This document shows, in pieces, positions 32,013-42,431 of a DNA stretch of 64,000 nucleotides. Below the pieces are notes generated by a model. The model made no database searches. It was given only the letters and a program-made list of their open reading frames with translations, and was not told where the DNA came from. The first letter of the stretch is position 1, and the number at the start of each line of letters is the position of its first letter. Source of the DNA: Deltaproteobacteria bacterium (GTDB lineage Bacteria; Myxococcota_A; Polyangia; Polyangiales; Houyiibacteriaceae). The stretch lies in NCBI GenBank assembly GCA_034670305.1, contig JAXMNT010000015.1, positions 84,417-148,416 of the forward strand, written 5' to 3'. The translations under genes and the position numbers were made by a program.

Positions 32013-33094
32013 CCGAAGATGTCGCGCACGGTCACGAGCACCAGCACGCCCAATAAGAAGACGATGCCCACGGTGTGCACCACCGCCTCGAATTTCTCAT
32101 TGGGTTTTCGGCGCGTGACCATCTCGTACACGATGAACACCAACCGCCCTCCATCGAGCGCGGGCAATGGCAGTAGGTTGAACATGCCGAGCGCCACGCT
32201 GAGCAGCATCACCATCGCGAAGTAGTCGGTCGCCCCGCTCTGGGCCGCCTGTCCGATCATCTTGCCCATCGCGACTGGACCACCGAGCTGGCTCGTGTCG
32301 CGGTCCTTGAACATCTTCCCGATGCCCTCGAGCTGCAGCACCGTCAGCCGCCACGGAAACGTCACCGCGGTCTTGAGGCTCTCTCCGAACGAGTAGGTCA
32401 CCCCACTGGGCCCGACGGCCATCACCCCCAGTCTTCCGACGCCTTCGGGCGACGCCTCCGGGGTCATCTCCAGACTGCGGCGTTCGCCGTCGCGTTCGAT
32501 GACGTACTGGGTGAGTTCGCCACCGCGGTCCTGGGTCTGCTCGATGAGCTCCACGACGTTCGCCACCGGGACGCCGTTCGCTTCCACGAAGATGTCGCCG
32601 GGTTGAAGACCGGCTTCGGCGGCGGGCGTCTCGGGCGCCACATCGTCGACGGTCATCGGGCTGACGGGCACCGGCTGGGCGCGGGGGTCGTCGGGCGTGA
32701 AGACGCGCAGCCAGTTGTGCGGCCAACCAACCATTCCGATGATGAACACGATGAGCGACGCGGTCAGGTAGTTCGCCACGGGACCGGCGGCGATGGTCAC
32801 CGTCCGCGCGAGCACGCTCTTGTTGTTGAACAGCCCCGGGTCGTCGGGATCGACGTCCTCGTGCGGGTTCATGCCCGCGATCTGCACGTACGCGAGGAAC
32901 GGAATCGCGGCGACCTGGAAGGTCGTCGGGCTGCCCTTCGGCTTGTACTTGAAGAGCGTCGGCCCGAGTCCGATCGAATAGCGGACGACCCGCATGCCGA
33001 AGGCCCGAGCCGCGAGGTAGTGCCCCGTCTCGTGCACGATCACCAGGATCGAGATGCCGACGAGAATGAGGATGATGGTCGTGGGTGTGAACAA
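32009..33094 (-). CDS. rseP: RIP metalloprotease RseP (M50) with PDZ domain
   Basis: HETGH, AGPVAN, GLQPGD (PDZ), NLLPLPALDGG. Confidence 0.92.
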   Translation of the reverse strand: MFTPTTIILILVGISILVIVHETGHYLAARAFGMRVVRYSIGLGPTLFKYKPKGSPTTFQVAAIPFLAYVQIAGMNPHEDVDPDDPGLFNNKSVLARTVTIAAGPVANYLTASLIVFIIGMVGWPHNWLRVFTPDDPRAQPVPVSPMTVDDVAPETPAAEAGLQPGDIFVEANGVPVANVVELIEQTQDRGGELTQYVIERDGERRSLEMTPEASPEGVGRLGVMAVGPSGVTYSFGESLKTAVTFPWRLTVLQLEGIGKMFKDRDTSQLGGPVAMGKMIGQAAQSGATDYFAMVMLLSVALGMFNLLPLPALDGGRLVFIVYEMVTRRKPNEKFEAVVHTVGIVFLLGVLVLVTVRDIFG

Positions 33095-33159
33095 CGTGGG
33101 TTCCGAGCGGGGGTGAGGAGGTCAGCCTAGCGCGAATGTGGACCGCGCGAGAGGCGTTT

Positions 33160-33921
33160 TCAGGGAGCCACGCGCCGCACCTGACGTCGACGGATCAGCC
33201 GACGTGCACGGATGCGAAATCGTCGCAATTGTTCTTCGTCGAACCCAGTTCGGTCCCGCCCGTAGCTCATGATGTTGGCCGGATCCGGATGGTGCGGGGA
33301 ACCGAGCACATGTCCGAGTTCGTGCGCCAGACCCACCGGTGCGAACTGCGATCGTTCGCGCGTGCCGAGCACGATCACGTAGGAGCCCGGAGTGCGGTTC
33401 GGCTTGGGGATGTGCGCGCCGCCGAGCCGACCGCTCGGGGTCCGCCCTACCCTCGCGGACGCCCTCGCAGTGGCCGCGCTGGGCCAGGGGTCGTGGATCT
33501 CGTCGACGAAGAACACGTTGATGGCGCGATCGCGAAGACGCCGCGCGAGGTTGTGGCGCGCGCGGTTGTTCCGGAGTGTGCGGTGCTCGGCATCGAGCGG
33601 GCGTCGTTCGATCATCCGAAACTGGACGCCCGCGGGCGCATAGAACCCGTTCGCGGTGTCGACCCACGCGTTCAACAACGCGTCGTCGAGCGCAGGGTCC
33701 GCATGCACCGCGAGCGGCAACATCACGACCGGCTCAGGTGCCGCGGCCTCGGCGCGCGGCTGCGCCTGCGGTGGCTGCGCATGCGCGTGTCCGACCACCC
33801 CTGGCAACCACGCCTCTCTGGAAACCAGAAGCACAGCCGTGCCCACGAACACCGACGCGACCAGGCCGACCCGCACGAGCCGGTCCCAGGCGGTGAACTC
33901 GGACCCATCGGAAGCGCGCAT
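33160..33921 (-). CDS. Secreted zincin (metzincin-like) metalloprotease
   Basis: AHELGHVLGSPH and NIMSY Met-turn; start uncertain. Confidence 0.8.
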   Translation of the reverse strand: MRASDGSEFTAWDRLVRVGLVASVFVGTAVLLVSREAWLPGVVGHAHAQPPQAQPRAEAAAPEPVVMLPLAVHADPALDDALLNAWVDTANGFYAPAGVQFRMIERRPLDAEHRTLRNNRARHNLARRLRDRAINVFFVDEIHDPWPSAATARASARVGRTPSGRLGGAHIPKPNRTPGSYVIVLGTRERSQFAPVGLAHELGHVLGSPHHPDPANIMSYGRDRTGFDEEQLRRFRIRARRLIRRRQVRRVAP

Positions 33922-34016
33922 GAGGATGAGACGTCCCGCTCCGCCAAATGTTCTGGCGTGGCCCATCGCGCGCCGCCGGCTGGAACCCGAGCGACCGAGG
34001 CTGCTATGTGCCTCCC

Positions 34017-35129
34017 ATGCCAGACGTCGTAGTGGTGGGCGCGGGAGTGATGGGGTGTCTGTCGGCCCTTCGGTTGGCGGAGGCCGGCCTCGACGTGCTG
34101 GTGCTCGAGCGCAGCGTGCCAGGCGCGGAGGCCTCCACCGCCGCGGCCGGGATTCTCGGACCGGCCTTCGAAGCGCACGACGACGACCCTGCGTTGCTGA
34201 CCCTCGGGATTCGAAGCCGCGAGCTCCACGCCACACTCGCGGATCAACTGCGCGCCGACCACGGCCTGGACGTCGGGTTTCATCGGTGCGGTCTGATGCG
34301 GGTCGCCACCGAAACGGACGCAGCGTCGCTGGCGCAGCACCGTGATCACATCCACGCCGTCGCCCAGAGCGAGCTGATCGACGGAGACGAAGCGCGCCGA
34401 CGAGAACCCGCGCTGGGCCCGAGCTTCGTCGCAGCGCTCGACCTTCCCGAAGAATCGCAGCTCGATCCAAAACGTTTCTTGCCGGCGGTCGCCATCGCCG
34501 CGGAACGCGCCGGCGTCACGTTTCGATCCGGTGCGGTGGTGCAGCGCGTCCTGGTTCGAAACGGGCGCGCGCACGGGGTCGAAGTGGGCGGTGAGACCAT
34601 CTCCTCCAGACACGTCGTCGTGGCCGCCGGCAGCTGGACCCACCTCGTGCCTGGCCTCGACGTCGACGCCGCCGGCATTCATCCGGTGCGGGGCCAGATC
34701 TTGAAGACGACTTCGCGTCCGCCGCTCTTCCGGCGCATCGTCTTCGGCGCGGGCGGCTACGTGGTGACGCGCCCGGGTGGCGACGTGCTCTGCGGCTCCA
34801 CCGAAGAGCGGGTCGGCTTCCGCCGAGAGGTCACGCTCGGAGGTACCCGCACCATCATCGACATGGCCACGACCCTTGCGCCGTCGTTGACGCACGCGCC
34901 GGTGCTCCAGCAGTGGTCGAGTTTCCGGCCCGGCACCGCCGACGGCCGGCCACTCGTAGGCGCCACACACCACGAGGGTCTGTGGCTCGCGAGTGGACAC
35001 TTCCGCAACGGCATCTTGCTCGCACCCATGACCGCGCAGCTCTTGACCCAAGGCATCACCGAAGGCGCCATGCCGAACGACGCCGCGCCGATGGATCCCC
35101 GGCGCTTCTCGAACGGGGGCGCGTTGTGA
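34017..35129 (+). CDS. thiO: Glycine oxidase (FAD-dependent)
   Basis: GAGVMG, ASTAAAGIL, PVRGQ, RPGTAD, GHFRNGILLAP. Confidence 0.88.
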   Translation: MPDVVVVGAGVMGCLSALRLAEAGLDVLVLERSVPGAEASTAAAGILGPAFEAHDDDPALLTLGIRSRELHATLADQLRADHGLDVGFHRCGLMRVATETDAASLAQHRDHIHAVAQSELIDGDEARRREPALGPSFVAALDLPEESQLDPKRFLPAVAIAAERAGVTFRSGAVVQRVLVRNGRAHGVEVGGETISSRHVVVAAGSWTHLVPGLDVDAAGIHPVRGQILKTTSRPPLFRRIVFGAGGYVVTRPGGDVLCGSTEERVGFRREVTLGGTRTIIDMATTLAPSLTHAPVLQQWSSFRPGTADGRPLVGATHHEGLWLASGHFRNGILLAPMTAQLLTQGITEGAMPNDAAPMDPRRFSNGGAL

Positions 35130-35995
35130 AAGTCGTCGAACGGCACTTGGTCGCAAACGGTCTGCGGCACCACGTCGTGGAGTGGCCGGCGATCGGACCA
35201 ACGGTGCTCTTGGGGCACGGGTTTCTGGATCTCGCGTGGAGCTGGCGCTGGGTGGCGGAGATCCTTCAGACCCAAGGCATCCGCTGTGTCGCCTGGGACT
35301 GGCGCGGCCACGGCGAGACCGAACACGTCGGCGCCGGCGGCTACTACCACTTTCCGGACTACGTACTCGACCTCGACGAGCTCCTGCCGCAGCTGCGCCA
35401 CGAAGATGCGGCGCCCCACCTCGTCGGTCACTCGATGGGCGGCACGGTGGCCACGATGTTCGCAGGGCTGCGCTCCGATCGGCTGCGCAGCCTGGTGTTG
35501 GTCGAAGGACTCGGACCGCCCTCGCACGCGTTCGACCAGACGCCGCACCGGTTCACGGCGTGGCTCGACGGAGTCGCCAAACAGCGCGCCCGCACGAAAC
35601 CCAAGACGCCCATGTCACTCGACCAAGCGGTCGGTCGCATGCGGGTGCAGAACCCCGCTCTGACGGACGAACAGGGCCGGTTCCTCGCCGACAAGTCCAC
35701 CCGCGCCGAAGGCGAGGGCCGGGTGTGGCGCTTCGATCCCTTGCACCGCACCACCTCGCCGATGCCGTTCCGAGAGGAGGTCTTCGCGACCTTCCTCGAT
35801 CGCATCGCGGTCCCGACGCTGATCGTCGGCGCCGACAAGGGCTTTCGACTCGCGGACGAACCAGCCCGCTACGGACGCATCGCGCAGCACGAGGTCGCCG
35901 AGATCGAAGGCTCGGGGCACATGGTGCACTGGGAGAAGCCGGCCGTGCTGGCAGCGCACATCGCCGCGTTCGTACGTCGCAACGAAGACGCCTGA
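35126..35995 (+). CDS. Alpha/beta fold hydrolase
   Basis: HGFLD, DWRGHG, GHSMGG nucleophile elbow, GHMVH. Confidence 0.93.
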   Translation: MKVVERHLVANGLRHHVVEWPAIGPTVLLGHGFLDLAWSWRWVAEILQTQGIRCVAWDWRGHGETEHVGAGGYYHFPDYVLDLDELLPQLRHEDAAPHLVGHSMGGTVATMFAGLRSDRLRSLVLVEGLGPPSHAFDQTPHRFTAWLDGVAKQRARTKPKTPMSLDQAVGRMRVQNPALTDEQGRFLADKSTRAEGEGRVWRFDPLHRTTSPMPFREEVFATFLDRIAVPTLIVGADKGFRLADEPARYGRIAQHEVAEIEGSGHMVHWEKPAVLAAHIAAFVRRNEDA

Positions 35996-36121
35996 CCACC
36001 CCGACGACGCGTGCCCTCGACAACGGCTACCGCCCGAGGGATCCGTGGTCTACCCTCGGGCCAAGAGCTTGGGGTGTGGTGCGGCTGCAAGTCCACCCCA
36101 CCAACATGAGGAGAGTGGGAA

Positions 36122-37078
36122 ATGCTTCGATGGACGATGGTTGTGGCGCTCTTGTGCGTGCCACTTGCGGTCAGCGCACAAGCCGGCGCGGATGAAGAGA
36201 ACGCAGGCATGGCGGCCCCCGCCCCTGCCGATGCAGCCGTCCAGGCGCAGGACTCCGAAGTCCCGCCGGACGACGACGCCGAGGTCGACACGGCGGACCC
36301 GGAGCACTCTGGGCGCATCGGGGACGAGCAGGTCCTCGCCCAAGAGGAGCTCGGCGAGGAGATCGTGCGGTCGAGCACCGACCCGTACGAAGATCCGTCG
36401 AAGACCTACTACTTCCTCGGCCTCGGCTACTGGCAGTCGTTCACGCCCTCCTTCATCATCAACCTCTTCGCCGAAGAGTCGGTGAGCACGAACAACCCTG
36501 CGTTCGCGCTGCAGTTCACCTACCGCAAAGACGGCTTCGACATCATCACGAGCGCGTGGTGGCAGAGCTTCTACGCGGAGGGCCCGTTCCGCGCGAACGG
36601 CGACTTGCCGCCCGAGACCGAGATCATCAAGAGCACCCTGAGCGTGCTCTTCATCGGCGCGGACTTCCTCTGGAGCACCGCCTTCAACGACGTCTTCTCG
36701 ATCCAGTACGGACTCGGCATCGGGCTCGGCTACGTGTTCGGTGACATCAACCGCCACGAGGCCTACCCCAACACCGACCCGAGCCGCGCCCCGGTCTACA
36801 ACGGGTTCAGCCGCTGTTCGGCCCCCGGCGCAGACAACCCGGCGTTCTGCGACTCGTCCTCCGTCCCCGACGGCGAAGAAGGCGGCCACTACGACGTCAA
36901 CGCCCGCAACTGGGCCAACGGCGGCAGCACGCCCCTCGTCTGGTTCCGCCTCGCGCCGCAGCTCGGGGTGCGCATCAAGCCGATCAAGCAGCTCATGTTC
37001 CGCATCAACGGCGGCTTCGACATCCTGAGCGGCTTCTTCGTCGGCGCCAGCATCAACGTCGGCGTCGGCGGCAGCTGA
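36122..37078 (+). CDS. Hypothetical secreted protein, probable outer-membrane beta-barrel
   Basis: Signal peptide, acidic N-terminus, alternating aromatic/hydrophobic strands. Confidence 0.6.
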   Translation: MLRWTMVVALLCVPLAVSAQAGADEENAGMAAPAPADAAVQAQDSEVPPDDDAEVDTADPEHSGRIGDEQVLAQEELGEEIVRSSTDPYEDPSKTYYFLGLGYWQSFTPSFIINLFAEESVSTNNPAFALQFTYRKDGFDIITSAWWQSFYAEGPFRANGDLPPETEIIKSTLSVLFIGADFLWSTAFNDVFSIQYGLGIGLGYVFGDINRHEAYPNTDPSRAPVYNGFSRCSAPGADNPAFCDSSSVPDGEEGGHYDVNARNWANGGSTPLVWFRLAPQLGVRIKPIKQLMFRINGGFDILSGFFVGASINVGVGGS

Positions 37079-37142
37079 GAAGCTTTCCCGCTGTTCGACT
37101 CGCAACGGGCGGCCCCATGGGTCGCCCGTTCGTCGTTCGGTT

Positions 37143-37361
37143 GCGGAAGCGGGAGCGGTCGCGCGGTCGCGGAAGCGGTAGTGGTCGCGGTAGCGGAAGC
37201 GGGAGCGGCAGCGGCAGCGGCAGCGGCAGCGGCAGCGGCAGAGACAGAGACAGAGACAGAGACAGAGACAGAGACAGAGACAGAGACAGAGACAGCGGCA
37301 GCGACAGCAACAGCGGCAGCGGCAGCGGCAGCAACAGCGGCAGCGGCAGCGGCAGAGACAG
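37143..37361. repeat. Composite hexanucleotide array (GCGGAA/GCGGTA > GCGGCA > GAGACA > GCGGCA)
   Basis: Directly visible. Confidence 0.95.
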
Positions 37362-37491
37362 CCATGCTGTTCTTCGGGACCTCGCACGGCCCGAAGCCCC
37401 CAGGCCATGCTGCTTCGAGACCTGCGCGCGAAGGCAACCCGCGGGGGTAGCTGTGCTTGCCCAGGCTCAACGGCCGTGAAAGCTTAGCGCC

Positions 37492-38595
37492 ATGGCCCTC
37501 CCCCGCGTCGACCTGGTCGCCCCCTTCTGCGTCGCCCTCTTCCTCCTCTCCCCCGCCGCCGCGCAGCCGGCGCCCGAGCCCGAGGCGCCCGAAGCCGCGG
37601 ACAGCGAAGACACCGACGCCGCCAACGAAGCCCGGCGCGCACGCGTCTACGCACGCGTCGGCCAGGTCGTCATCTCGGTCGGCGACATCGAAGACGCGAT
37701 CAACCGGCAGTCGCCGTTGCTTCGTTCCAACCACGACACGCCGGCCGCGTTGCGCCGGTTCGCGGATGGGCTCGTGCGGTTCGAACTCATGGCCCAAGAA
37801 GCGGAGCGCCGCGGGTACGGCGACAACCCTTCCGTGCGCCGCTCGGCCAAACAGAACGCCGTCCAGCAGCTGATCCACCGCGACTTCGATTCCGCGATCA
37901 CTCCCGAGTCGATCACCGCCGAAGAGGTCGCGGCCGAGTACCAGAGCCGCATCGCCGAGTTCTCGAGCCCGGAGCTCGTGCGCGCGAGCCACATCCTCTT
38001 CGACAGCCGCGAGACCGCGGAGACCCATCTCGAAGCGATCCGCAGCGCCGACGAACGCGAGTTCCGCCGCTTGGCCCGCACGCTCTCGGTCGACACCGAG
38101 ACCAAACTGCGCGGTGGCGATCTGCGGTACTTCGGGCGCGACGGTCGACCGGTGCGCGGACGCGAGGACGACCCGGCCGTCGACGCGCAGATCATCGAAG
38201 CCGCCTTCGCCCTCGAAGAGGTCGGCGACACCAGCGGCGTCGTCGAAGTCGGCGCCCACTTCAGCGTGATCCGGAAACGGGGCCACCGCCCGGCGGAGGT
38301 CCGTACCCTCGAGCAGGTCGAAGGCGTGCTGCGCAACGAGATGTGGCGGCAGCGGCGCCAGGACGGCATCGACGAACTCGTGCGAGAGCTCCGGACCACC
38401 CACCCGCCGGAGACGCACCCCCGCCGCATGGCGAACATCCGGCTGGACCCGCTCCCCGGCGCGTCCCAGCTCGGCAACCACCCGCCCGTGCCCGGGCGCG
38501 GCATGAACGGCGGCATGGTCCCGATGCTCTCGCCCCACGTCCCCGGCCGCACCCCCGGCGCCGGCCCCACCAAACAAATCCCCGCCACCGAATAG
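37492..38595 (+). CDS. PpiC-type peptidyl-prolyl isomerase
   Basis: VRASHIL, FRRLARTLSVD, GGDLRYF, AAFAL. Confidence 0.88.
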   Translation: MALPRVDLVAPFCVALFLLSPAAAQPAPEPEAPEAADSEDTDAANEARRARVYARVGQVVISVGDIEDAINRQSPLLRSNHDTPAALRRFADGLVRFELMAQEAERRGYGDNPSVRRSAKQNAVQQLIHRDFDSAITPESITAEEVAAEYQSRIAEFSSPELVRASHILFDSRETAETHLEAIRSADEREFRRLARTLSVDTETKLRGGDLRYFGRDGRPVRGREDDPAVDAQIIEAAFALEEVGDTSGVVEVGAHFSVIRKRGHRPAEVRTLEQVEGVLRNEMWRQRRQDGIDELVRELRTTHPPETHPRRMANIRLDPLPGASQLGNHPPVPGRGMNGGMVPMLSPHVPGRTPGAGPTKQIPATE

Positions 38596-38610
38596 GCCCG
38601 CGTGCTGTAG

Positions 38611-38686
38611 GCGGAAACGGAAGCGGAAGCGGAAGCGGAAGCGGAAGCGGAAGCGGAAGCGGAAGCGGAAGCGGAAGCGGAAGCGG
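38611..38686. repeat. (GCGGAA)n tandem array
   Basis: Directly visible, 3' of the four-helix-bundle remnant. Confidence 0.97.
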
Positions 38687-38727
38687 CCGGCGCCCAAGTT
38701 GGCCCAAGTTGGACGCCAGCCACACGC

Positions 38728-38977
38728 TCATCGGCTGAGCTTGAAGAGCATCGCGCACACGTGGTCACACCGGTCGAGCAGCCCCGGGTCCAGGTCGACG
38801 TACCCGAAGACTTCCGCGAGCTGCATCGCCGCCTTCAGCTCACTGCACTCCCCATAGGCAATCGAGAACTTGTCGTGGCAACGAAGCCCCCGCGCCTGCC
38901 GAGCCTCCGCGATGTTGAGGACCACCGACTGCGCCGCGCGCTGCATCTGGGAGGCGAGCGAAGCGTCGTGCTTGCGC
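38728..38977 (-). pseudogene. 5'-truncated four-helix-bundle gene, close paralog of 14026-14340
   Basis: [60 protein letters not shown] nearly identical to the 14 kb copy; similarity stops near 38977. Confidence 0.88.
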
Positions 38978-38980
38978 GAA

Positions 38981-39130
38981 GCTCCTCGCCGAGTCCGAAG
39001 GCCAGGTGTTCCGGGCGCGACGCAGACCACCAGCGTCGTGAGGAAGAAGCACACCGTCGTGTGCACCTGCGCAGCCCGAAGGGCGAGCAACTGGTGCACT
39101 TTACATCGAACACTGAGCGCCAAGAGGAGC
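38981..39130. repeat. Nested palindromic element at the four-helix-bundle truncation point
   Basis: GCTCCTC/GAGGAGC, GTGTTC/GAACAC and GTGCACC/GGTGCAC arm pairs; CCCGAAGGG core. Confidence 0.6.
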
Positions 39131-39166
39131 ACCTGGACGCGCACAGCCGCCAGACGTCCCAATCGC

Positions 39167-39329
39167 CTATTCACTGCACCCATCGATCGGGCGGCGAGCA
39201 CGTGCAGGTGCCCAGGCGGGGAGGAGGCCGAAGGCCGGAGGGGGAACCTTTCCCCCTCACAAGACACCGGGCGCGACGCAGGGCCGCCAGTCTCGCGAAG
39301 CGAGCCAGGCCCGTATTGGCAGTGAATAG
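39167..39329. mobile_element. Putative MITE/REPIN-like element with 11-bp terminal inverted repeats
   Basis: CTATTCACTGC...GCAGTGAATAG; internal segments recur at 41113-41165 and in the REP-like family. Confidence 0.55.
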
Positions 39330-39377
39330 AGCTGGGGACCGTTGACCCCACCGACCTGGAGCGGTAGCGTCCGCGGC

Positions 39378-40796
39378 GTGACGTCCATCGTCCCCGAACC
39401 CACCAAACTGCACTATCTCGACGGCCGCCCGACCGAGCTGACCCTGAGGCGTTGCAAGCTCGAGGTGGTGAAAGGCGATCGGGTCGAAGGCCACACCTTC
39501 GACCAGCGCGACACCATCCGAATCGGCGCCGCCGACGAGAACGATCTGGTCATTCGAGACGACACGGTGAGCCGCCATCACTGTGAAATCTTTCTGGAAT
39601 CTGGCCAGTACATGGTCCGCGACCTCGGCTCGACCAACGGCACGTTCGTCAACCGCGTGCGGATCCGCGAAGCGTGGCTGAAGCCTGGGTGTGCGCTCAC
39701 GCTGGGCACGACCGAGATGCGGTACGCCGCGAGCGACGAGACGTTCCGGATCGTCCCGAGCGACAAGAACCGCTTTCAGGACATCATCGGCGGCAACCCC
39801 CAGATGCGGGAGATCTACGCGATCCTGGAACGCATCGCGCCCACCGACGCGACGGTGATCATCGAAGGCGAGACCGGGACCGGCAAAGAGGTGGTCGCGC
39901 GCAGCACGCACCTGGCGTCCCGCCGCGCGGGCGGACCCTTCATGGTGTTCGACTGCGGCGCCGTGCCCGAGAACCTCATCGAGTCGGAGCTCTTCGGCCA
40001 CGAGAAGGGTTCCTTCACCGGTGCGGTGTCCACCCGCCAAGGGGTCTTCGAACTCGCTCAGGGCGGAACGGTGTTCCTCGACGAACTCGGCGAGCTCGCA
40101 CTGGACCTGCAGCCGAAACTCTTGCGCGTGCTCGAGCAGCGCGAGGTCAAGCGGGTGGGTGGCACCAAACCGATCAAGATCGACGTGCGCGTGGTGGCCG
40201 CGACCAACCGCACACTCGAAGAAGAAGTGCGCGCGGGCCGGTTCCGCGAAGACCTCTTCTACCGCTTGAGCGTCGTGCGTCTGCTCTTGCCGCCGCTGCG
40301 CGATCGGCTCGACGACGTGCCGCCCCTCATCCAGCAGTTCCTCAAAGCTGGTCGGTTCAACCAAGGTCCCGACGGCCAGCGCCGCATCCGGCAGATCAGC
40401 CGCGCGGCGCTCGACCGCCTGCTCGAATACGAGTGGCCCGGCAACGTGCGCGAACTTCACAACGTGGTCGAACGCGCCGTGTCGTTCGCCGACGGCGACA
40501 CGATCGAACTGCGCGATCTGCCCGACCACATCGCGATGGCGCACCGACCGATCCACGAGGCGCCGACCAGCGTGGAGAAGGGCCCGGCACCGGCCGCCGC
40601 CGCGGCGCCAGACACGAGCGGCACCTTCAAAGACGCCAAAGAGGACTGGGTCTCGTCGTTCGAGAAGGAGTACATCGAAGCCCTCCTGAAACGAAACGAC
40701 GGGAACATCTCCCACGCAGCGCGCGAAGCGGACATCGACCGGAAGTACTTCCGAAAGCTGATGAAGAAGTACGGCATCTCCGCCGACGGCAGCTGA
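39378..40796 (+). CDS. FHA-domain sigma54-dependent transcriptional activator (Fis-type HTH)
   Basis: [14 protein letters not shown] (FHA); [51 protein letters not shown]. Confidence 0.95.
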   Translation: MTSIVPEPTKLHYLDGRPTELTLRRCKLEVVKGDRVEGHTFDQRDTIRIGAADENDLVIRDDTVSRHHCEIFLESGQYMVRDLGSTNGTFVNRVRIREAWLKPGCALTLGTTEMRYAASDETFRIVPSDKNRFQDIIGGNPQMREIYAILERIAPTDATVIIEGETGTGKEVVARSTHLASRRAGGPFMVFDCGAVPENLIESELFGHEKGSFTGAVSTRQGVFELAQGGTVFLDELGELALDLQPKLLRVLEQREVKRVGGTKPIKIDVRVVAATNRTLEEEVRAGRFREDLFYRLSVVRLLLPPLRDRLDDVPPLIQQFLKAGRFNQGPDGQRRIRQISRAALDRLLEYEWPGNVRELHNVVERAVSFADGDTIELRDLPDHIAMAHRPIHEAPTSVEKGPAPAAAAAPDTSGTFKDAKEDWVSSFEKEYIEALLKRNDGNISHAAREADIDRKYFRKLMKKYGISADGS

Positions 40797-40934
40797 GCGC
40801 CATGCGTCATGGGGCGCCAGTCTCGCGAAGCGCGCCACCCGTGGCGGCCCTAGGAGCGAAGCGACGAGCAGGTCTGGAGGCGCTTCGAAGGGTTAGGAAA
40901 GCCGAAGCCGTCCGGCCCGAAAAAGAACCGGGCA

Positions 40935-41275
40935 GGACCTGAACGCGCGCGGCCTGGGTGGTCGACTGTGCGCGTCGCGTCTACGAAGGCGGGGCTTGTT
41001 TGCTGGACAGGGCGGCGGGGTTCCGGCTCGAGGGGACTTCCAGCGCCGTTGAGACCAGGCGGCACGGATGCGGGGCTTGTTGCCAATGCAGCATGCTGCT
41101 GCACCGCTTTGAGCAGGTGGGGAGGAGGCCGAAGGCCGGAGGGGAACCCTTCCCCCTCAGCAAGCACTGCCGTGTTCGAACGAGTCGCCGGAGGCCTCGA
41201 GGACTGCGCCGCTCCTACGCCCGCGCGGAACCGCACGCAGCCGGCTCCGGGCCATGAAGCGCAGCGCCCGGTCTC
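40935..41275. repeat. Left arm of the long imperfect inverted repeat flanking the RAYT
   Basis: Reverse-complement match to 42127-42413, e.g. GGCGGGGCTTGTTTGCTGGA and TGCCAATGCAGCATGCTGCTGCACCGCTTTGA. Confidence 0.88.
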
Positions 41276-41333
41276 GTCCCCCGCAGCTGGAAAGTGGCTG
41301 CGCTCGGCGAGACTCGGCGCGAGACTCGGGTGT

Positions 41334-42047
41334 TCACGAACACGCCTTCGACTTGTGTCTCGGGCCCGGTCGCTCGTCGGGGTGGATCAGCCCGCGTTTG
41401 CGCCATCCCACGCGCAACAGCCACGTGTGTGCGCGTGGCATCGGTGGGCCGCAGTCGAGTGGGGGTTTGGGAGCGGACGACCATCCATCGAAGTGCGGCG
41501 CCGTGGAACAGGGGTCGACCCAGCCAGGTCGAAACGTGCGGAGGGAACCCGCGTGCTTGCGCTTGTTGTTGAGCACGTAGCGAAGCGCGTGGCGGACCTG
41601 CGTTGGGGTGGAAAGAACTTCGGCGTGGTAGCGGTCCGGGAAGAGCTTCCCCGACCGTCCGAGGTACCGGTTCACACGCTTCGCGAGCCGGATCAGCAAG
41701 CCCTGCATGCCACGTGAAAGCGCCTCCGTGCTCTTCGCTTCCACGATGAGGTGGATGTGGTTCGTCTGGATCGAGAAGTGAACGATGCGCATGCCGTTGC
41801 GCTCGGCCGCCTGCTCGAAGATCGAGAACAGCAGCCGGCTGAGACGACGCCCGCGAAGATTCGGAACGTCGGAAGCCACCTTGATCGTGACGTGGACCGG
41901 GTTGCGGTTGGCAACTTTGACCCGCGGCCGATGCGACACCCCCGCGCGTTCACCCTTCGGCTTGCGACCGGCGCCCGCACGGCGACCTCCCCACGTGCCG
42001 GGAAGCGAAAGGTCGAGCTGTTTCGGTTTGCGAGAGCGACGCGCCAT
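41334..42047 (-). CDS. REP-associated tyrosine transposase (RAYT; IS200/Y1 HUH family)
   Basis: PVHVT, FSIQTNHIHLIVEA (HUH), LFPDRYH, RYVLNN (catalytic Tyr); no TnpB nearby. Confidence 0.88.
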   Translation of the reverse strand: MARRSRKPKQLDLSLPGTWGGRRAGAGRKPKGERAGVSHRPRVKVANRNPVHVTIKVASDVPNLRGRRLSRLLFSIFEQAAERNGMRIVHFSIQTNHIHLIVEAKSTEALSRGMQGLLIRLAKRVNRYLGRSGKLFPDRYHAEVLSTPTQVRHALRYVLNNKRKHAGSLRTFRPGWVDPCSTAPHFDGWSSAPKPPLDCGPPMPRAHTWLLRVGWRKRGLIHPDERPGPRHKSKACS

Positions 42048-42126
42048 CTTGATTGAGCAATAGTACCACAATCCGTCTCCAGTTCAAGGAGTTTCTTGAC
42101 TGCGCAGCCACCTATTGGGGGCGCTG

Positions 42127-42413
42127 GGCTCGGCCGCGCGCTGCGCTTCGTGCCGTGAGCCGGCAGCCTCTGCCCCCGTCCGGGCGTAGGAGCCTCGCAG
42201 CGGTCAAAGCCATCCGGCGACCGTTCCGAACACGGCAGTTCAAAGCGGTGCAGCAGCATGCTGCATTGGCAAAGGAGCCCCGTCCGCGCGCCGCTGAGCA
42301 CCTGCCGCTCGAGTGCACATCCTCCCGCCGGAACCCGGCCGCCCTATCCAGCAAACAAGCCCCCGCCTCACGGACGCAGCGCCCAGCTGATGGCCGAGTG
42401 CGCGCTCGGGCCC
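42127..42413. repeat. Right arm of the long inverted repeat flanking the RAYT
   Basis: Matches the left arm; contains GTAGGAGC, a REP-like start. Confidence 0.88.
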
Positions 42414-42431
42414 TTAAGCCGCCTGAGAATG

